Below are positions 59,091-64,000 of a DNA stretch of 64,000 nt, piece by piece. A program made the position numbers and the translations under genes. The notes under the pieces are model-generated. The model made no database searches, was not told where the DNA came from, and saw only the letters and a program-made list of their open reading frames with translations. The first letter of the stretch is position 1; the number at the start of each line of letters is the position of its first letter. Source of the DNA: an uncultured Mailhella sp. (GTDB lineage Bacteria > Desulfobacterota > Desulfovibrionia > Desulfovibrionales > Desulfovibrionaceae); the NCBI RefSeq assembly GCF_944324575.1, contig NZ_CALUWV010000002.1:13706-77705 (forward strand), in the 5' to 3' direction.

Positions 59091-62000
59091 GCCACAGCTT
59101 CCTGTGCTTGCGCAGTACCTTGCCGAAGGGGGAAAGTTCCACCTTGCGGGCCTGCGCCTTTGTGTAAAACGTCAGCCTGCGCCCTCCGGAAACCCAGCAG
59201 GCCGCCTCGCCATCCTTTTCCTGCAGAGGACGTGCGTCCTGCAGCAACCGGACCTGTATCAGGTTATCGGAGAACTTCTGTACCACGAACCATCTGCCGC
59301 ATTCTCCCGGAGGAAGGCCGAGGGCCTGCCGTTCGTTCTCGGAAAAGGACATTTCCAGCACGTCGCCCTTGAACAGACGCCAGATGAGGCGGCCGCCCTC
59401 CTTCTGCCATTCCGGTATAAAGTTCTTCTGCACGGCGTTGAAGCGGGCAACACATTCCCATCCCACGCTGCCGTCCGGCTTTTCAAAAAAATCCACGTAG
59501 GCGTTTCCGCCGGGCTTGAATCCGCTGCGCTGCCGCAGACTCACGTTGACCAGAGAAAGCCTTGTCACGTCCTGCCAGGTAAAGCCGAACGTGCTGTCTT
59601 CCTTTCGTGCCAGAGTCATCGCCGCCTGAAGAATGCGGCTTTCCGAGACCGGCCCGTCCGCTCCCGAAGCGCGCCGCTTTTCCTCCAGCATGGTTTTCGC
59701 TCTTTCCATGCGGCGTTCCAGCGCAAGGCGCTTCTGCCGGTTGCTCTCTGCCATGGCGACCGTTTCCGGCAGGTTTCCGTACTGACGAAAATCCGTCTTG
59801 ATGTCCTCAGGCTTCTTTATCGCATCGAGCTTCCTGCGATAGGTGACGACAAAGAGACCGGGCCTGCCCGCCTCGGGAGCCAGCACACGATAGCGCGTAT
59901 CCTCGTGCAGACTGCCTTCGAGCGCGTGTTCGGCCTTGGGCGACGGACGAACGCCGCCAAGCGCCGCAAGCACGGTTCTCCGAAAATCCGCCCCCGTGCC
60001 GCCGAAGGGCGCGGGAAACTCCCCGCACTCGCGCCCGGAGAGTGAAGCGCGGGCCAGCTTCTGCATCATGGAACGGGAAACGCAGGCCAGAATGAGCGCG
60101 TCCTCCGCATGATGCCTGTGGTCGATGCGCGGCTTGGCCTTCCACGCAGGGTTCCGCTTCGGCCTGCCGAACTCATCGGTCATCACTTCCCCGGTCGCCT
60201 CATCATACAGCTCCCGGCGCACGTTCTCGCCCATAAGCTCGTATTCCAGTCCGTCGAGTCCCCAGATATGCCTGAAATACGCCGTCATGCCGCCGCGCAG
60301 GGGCACGACGTCCGCACAGATGGTGCGCAGATAGCGCGCTGCCATTTTGGCCATGTACCCGGTATCGGAAAGGCGGTTGTCGGTGGCGTCCGCGTCGCCT
60401 TCGGCAAAACGCTCCTTCGCGCCTTCCAGAAAGCGCCACTGCTTGTTCTTCGGGAACGCATCCCGGGAAATGAACGCCAGAACGTGCGGCCACGCCTCCG
60501 GGCAGCGTCTGTGAATGAATTCGTACGCCGAGCTGTCACCTTTGGCGAGATTACTGCTGCGGAAGGTCAGCGCCAGATTGGCAAAGGTGTCGGAACCGCC
60601 CATGCTCTGAGGAATGATGTGGTCGATGTCGCAGGACGGAAAGTCGGTCAGGGCAATGGGAGCAAGGGTATACAGGTCCTGACCGACCTGCTCCTTCCAC
60701 AGCCGGTACTTTATGCGGTTACGGTGCGTGGCGGGAAGCCCTGCGTCCATAAGCGTCTTGTCAATGCTCTCGTTCTCTCTGCGGCGCTTCACTCGTTCCC
60801 TGTCCAGCTCTTCCCGCCTCGCGGCCGACAGGCCGAATTCCCGGGCAAGCTCCACATGCACCGACAGCGGGCGGCCGTACAGACTCATGATTTCGTTGAC
60901 CACCTTGCGAAGCTGGTTCAGCGCCACGTGCACCACCGGATTGGGAAAGCGTCCCCAGCGGGCCTCTTCGGCATCTGCCTGCCCTAGATGCCACGGATGC
61001 ACCGGGGCCACGTCGCTTCTGAGCACTTCGCCGTAATAAGGAAGCCTGTCATACGAACCCGCCATACTGCGGGCCCTTTCCTCCTCCGCCGTATAGCCGC
61101 AGGCATCCGCCGCTTCCCGCTGTGAAAGAGGCCGCCACACTGCAATGCCGTTTTCCTCAACAACGCGCCCCTCGCGCAGCTTTTCCAGTATGCGCCTTGT
61201 AGCCGTCTCGCCCAGCATGGATCGGTCGGCGGGCAAAGCGTGAAGGCAGCGCGACACCTTCTCTTCCGCATCCGGCCCCAAAAGACAAAGCCGTCTTGCG
61301 CATTCCTTCAAGAAGCGCTCCTCCGGCATGAGCGGACTGTCTACCCTGTCCGGCTCAAGGCGCGGCTCCGCCATAAATGCTACAAGATTGTCCTGCTCCT
61401 GTTCGCTCATGGCCTGCCACGAAGGAATGTCCGCAAACGCCTCGGCAAGGCAGAAGCCCCGTATGCTGCTTCCCTCCTCCATGTTCACGGCAAGAATCTT
61501 CTCCGGGCAAAACGGCTGAAGCAGCTTTTTCACGGCCGTCTTCGTGAGCGTTTCTCCGGCCATGCACCGTTCCACCACGGCGTCGCGCATCCGTCGGTCC
61601 GGCGCTTCCACAGCCCGGACCGTCCGCAGGCGGATGTTGTTCGCCTGCTCGTATATCCGCCGGGTGTCGGCCAGCCTGCTCATTCGGGGCAGACGCAGCT
61701 CGCCGCTGTCCGGATCGAGGGAGCACAGGCCCACGGCGTAGGGAGCATGCGGCCTGTCCTCAAACATGATGCTGAACGCTTCTTCCTCAAGTTCCGGCGT
61801 CATCTGCGGAAAAAACTTCGCCTGCACCTCCCATATACGACGAAACTCCGCCTTCACCAGAAAGCGCGGAACTGCAAAATCCACGGAACCGTCGCTTATA
61901 AAATTCGCCCGTCGGCGCAGACGTCCCTTCGTTTCAGGCGCTTGGCGCAGTCTCTCCAGAAAAAATTCCCCGAGCGTCATCTGCTCTTCACGAAGGTATT

Positions 62001-62475
62001 TTTCCAGACTGCGGTACTGATTAGCCGTTTTCTGACGGTCGCTCTTTTTCGGCGTCTCACCATCGCCGCTCTCTTCCATCTGACCGAGAAAACCCGCCCC
62101 ACGGTGCTTTGCCAGATGCATGAGGCAGCGTCCCACATCAAAGGCGCTTTGCAGTCTGCTCCTGCCCGCACGCGCCCAGAGCCGATACAGCGAGCGGCCC
62201 TTCATCTCTTCCATGTCCGCGTTATCTTCGGGGAAAAGATCATGACGACGCAGGAGGGCGGCAAGATTATGCAGCCTCTGACGCCGACGTCTTATGGTCT
62301 TGCGTGCCTGTCTTGCCGCCCTTCTTTCCGCGCCTCCCACGGGCATGTCGAAAAGACGTACTCCGGCGTCCAGAATGCCCAGCGGGTCCCCCTCTTCACT
62401 GCAGCGCACAAGCGCCGTGCCTATGGAGGCAACGCCCATGTCTACGCCGAGAATATAACGGTAATTCTTTGCCAT
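59065..62475 (-). CDS. cas9: Type II-C Cas9 (1136 aa)
   Basis: RuvC-I YILGVDMGVASIG, Arg-rich bridge helix RRAARQARKTIRRRRQR, RuvC-II VELAREF, HNH DIDHIIPQS...ANL...SNLAKG, RuvC-III DHRHHAEDA; no csn2 or cas4 nearby. Confidence 0.97.
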   Translation of the reverse strand: MAKNYRYILGVDMGVASIGTALVRCSEEGDPLGILDAGVRLFDMPVGGAERRAARQARKTIRRRRQRLHNLAALLRRHDLFPEDNADMEEMKGRSLYRLWARAGRSRLQSAFDVGRCLMHLAKHRGAGFLGQMEESGDGETPKKSDRQKTANQYRSLEKYLREEQMTLGEFFLERLRQAPETKGRLRRRANFISDGSVDFAVPRFLVKAEFRRIWEVQAKFFPQMTPELEEEAFSIMFEDRPHAPYAVGLCSLDPDSGELRLPRMSRLADTRRIYEQANNIRLRTVRAVEAPDRRMRDAVVERCMAGETLTKTAVKKLLQPFCPEKILAVNMEEGSSIRGFCLAEAFADIPSWQAMSEQEQDNLVAFMAEPRLEPDRVDSPLMPEERFLKECARRLCLLGPDAEEKVSRCLHALPADRSMLGETATRRILEKLREGRVVEENGIAVWRPLSQREAADACGYTAEEERARSMAGSYDRLPYYGEVLRSDVAPVHPWHLGQADAEEARWGRFPNPVVHVALNQLRKVVNEIMSLYGRPLSVHVELAREFGLSAARREELDRERVKRRRENESIDKTLMDAGLPATHRNRIKYRLWKEQVGQDLYTLAPIALTDFPSCDIDHIIPQSMGGSDTFANLALTFRSSNLAKGDSSAYEFIHRRCPEAWPHVLAFISRDAFPKNKQWRFLEGAKERFAEGDADATDNRLSDTGYMAKMAARYLRTICADVVPLRGGMTAYFRHIWGLDGLEYELMGENVRRELYDEATGEVMTDEFGRPKRNPAWKAKPRIDHRHHAEDALILACVSRSMMQKLARASLSGRECGEFPAPFGGTGADFRRTVLAALGGVRPSPKAEHALEGSLHEDTRYRVLAPEAGRPGLFVVTYRRKLDAIKKPEDIKTDFRQYGNLPETVAMAESNRQKRLALERRMERAKTMLEEKRRASGADGPVSESRILQAAMTLARKEDSTFGFTWQDVTRLSLVNVSLRQRSGFKPGGNAYVDFFEKPDGSVGWECVARFNAVQKNFIPEWQKEGGRLIWRLFKGDVLEMSFSENERQALGLPPGECGRWFVVQKFSDNLIQVRLLQDARPLQEKDGEAACWVSGGRRLTFYTKAQARKVELSPFGKVLRKHRKLWHGKKAKEA

Positions 62476-62557
62476 GCCTGCTCCCCGATAAAAATGTTTT
62501 CTTTCACTATTGCATACGCCGACATTCTGTGGCAAGAAGAAAGGGCTGACCAAATAT

Positions 62558-62660
62558 TTTTTAGCAGGATCTATTTGGGCAGGCAGCAATACAACAAGGC
62601 CGCCTGAAAAGGCGGACTCGTCAAATTCTGGAAAGCCCCCGCAAGGGGGCTTCCGCTTTT
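62558..62660 (+). ncRNA. tracrRNA
   Basis: Anti-repeat tttagcaggatc-tatt-tgggcaggca-gc-aa-tacaac (62560-62595) is complementary to the repeat. It is followed by AAGGC, a ccgcct-gaaa-aggcgg hairpin, a gaaagccccc-gcaa-gggggcttcc hairpin and a T-run. Confidence 0.92.
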
Positions 62661-63034
62661 AAAAGAAGAACGCCCCGGAAGGGGGCTTATGGTAAAGAGC
62701 CGTACCGGGACAATTGCATTTTAAACACAAAAAAGTGGAAAAAGCCGGGACGTTGCAGAAGGACACCTGACACTTCGTTCTCCACGAAGCGCGCCGGAAG
62801 ACCGCACGTCTACAGACGGCCGAGAGCAGAAAACGTGTAACCTGCGCACTCCCCCAGAGGTCTCCCGAAGGCCCCGGCGCTCATCCGCATGGAAAAGACG
62901 ACGAAAAATCAAAGAGACCTTCGCACCGCAGGCGGCAAGGCAATGTGGAACCTTCTGCTCCTCAGCCGAAAAAGCGCCGTGATGCAGGCCCGGCCTTCCG
63001 GCTACACCCGCGTAAGAAGACCGAAGTCGCGTTC

Positions 63035-63820
63035 CTACGCGTCGCTTTTACGCCCTTTGCACGCCGCATCAAGCGCGCGCAGCACCATGTCGAGGGAAAA
63101 GACGTCCATCTGGCCCGGAGCGCTCGCCTTTTCCGCCGCGCCGAAGGTGGCGGCGCTGCCGAAGAACTGCCCGCATACGCGGCTTATCACGCCGAGCGGC
63201 CCCATGCTCATGGTAATGACCGGCCTTTTGGCAAGGCGCGACGCTTCTTCCGTAGCGGAAAGCAGCGCAAGCACGTCGGCCCGGCTGCGTGGCATGACGG
63301 CGATTTTAAGAATGTCCGCATCAAGCTCGTCCTGCATGTAGAGAAGACGGCGCACCATTTCGTCCTTCGGCGGCGTGGCCTGAAAATCATGGTTGCTCGC
63401 CACCACGCCAACGCCCGCAGCATGAGCCCGGGCAATGATGTCCTTTGCCCGGCCGGAACGAAAAAAGGCCTCTACGTCCAGAAGGTCGATAAGGCCGCTT
63501 TCAGAGAGCGCGGCGCAAAGCGCCTCGTACTCCCCGTCGCCCACGGGGCAGCAGCCGCCTTCGTCCGTAGTGCGGAACGTGGCCAGAAGCGGCACGGAAA
63601 GCACCTTTCTGAGCGAGGCCAGCGCCGCCGTAACGGCCTTTTCATCCACGCCCGACGATCCGCAGAACATATCCACGCGCCACTCAGCCACGTCGACGGG
63701 AAGCGAGGCCAGCGCCGAGGCTTCTTCAACCAGCCGTTCCGGCGAAGAAGAGGTAAGGGGTACGATGATGCAGGGCCGCCCCCCTTCCATGTTCAGGCGT
63801 TGTTTCAAAGCAATGTCCAT
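63035..63820 (-). CDS. aroD: Type I 3-dehydroquinate dehydratase
   Basis: DVAEWRVD, LATFRT..EGG, DVE, VASNHDF..TP, DILKIAVMP and SAPGQ motifs. Confidence 0.95.
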   Translation of the reverse strand: MDIALKQRLNMEGGRPCIIVPLTSSSPERLVEEASALASLPVDVAEWRVDMFCGSSGVDEKAVTAALASLRKVLSVPLLATFRTTDEGGCCPVGDGEYEALCAALSESGLIDLLDVEAFFRSGRAKDIIARAHAAGVGVVASNHDFQATPPKDEMVRRLLYMQDELDADILKIAVMPRSRADVLALLSATEEASRLAKRPVITMSMGPLGVISRVCGQFFGSAATFGAAEKASAPGQMDVFSLDMVLRALDAACKGRKSDA

Positions 63821-63924
63821 GGTGTTCCCTGAGCAGAAAGACTGCGCGCAGACAAAGACCGCTCATATCGTCCGAAGACGCATGAGCCTTCCGCAGAAAA
63901 ACGAAAGGAACGCACCGGGCTCAA

Positions 63925-64000
63925 TCAGAGCCAGGGCTCGTTGTCCGCTTCATCAAGGAACTTGTAGGAACGCACATAGATCTGACGCTGGTCTTCATCC
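63925..64000 (-). CDS. 3' end of an unidentified CDS truncated by the window edge
   Basis: Minus frame DEDQRQIYVRSYKFLDEADNEPWL* with host-like codons. Confidence 0.5.
   Translation of the reverse strand, partial: DEDQRQIYVRSYKFLDEADNEPWL

Overview
A ~60% GC chromosomal window, inferred to come from a Desulfovibrionaceae (Mailhella/Bilophila-like) gut bacterium from its gene order and protein sequences. Most of it is housekeeping: rplU-rpmA-obgE-proB, groES-groEL, pgm, cstA, hrpB, fur, cfa, uvrB, mfd-surA-rodZ-recO-glyQS-rpsT, dnaK and aroD. Three accessory zones stand out. (1) A complete type II-C CRISPR-Cas9 locus lies between dnaK and aroD. It has 19 repeats with 18 spacers of 30 nt, an intact 1136-aa Cas9 and a Neisseria-like tracrRNA. 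Its gene order is non-canonical: cas2 overlaps the end of cas9, while cas1 is flipped to the opposite strand and sits just behind a terminator-like hairpin in the array leader. (2) An AT-rich islet after tRNA-Ser(GCT) holds a Fic gene remnant and a compositionally chimeric FtsZ-like gene. That gene has lost the GGGTG(S/T)G GTP-binding signature but keeps a T7-loop-like DFxD. (3) A cluster between hrpB and fur encodes a DUF3553-like/UPF1-type SF1 helicase, a SLOG (DUF2493-like) protein and an orphan RelB/DinJ-type antitoxin fused to an unknown domain. All family assignments come from motif recognition by eye; no database searches were run.
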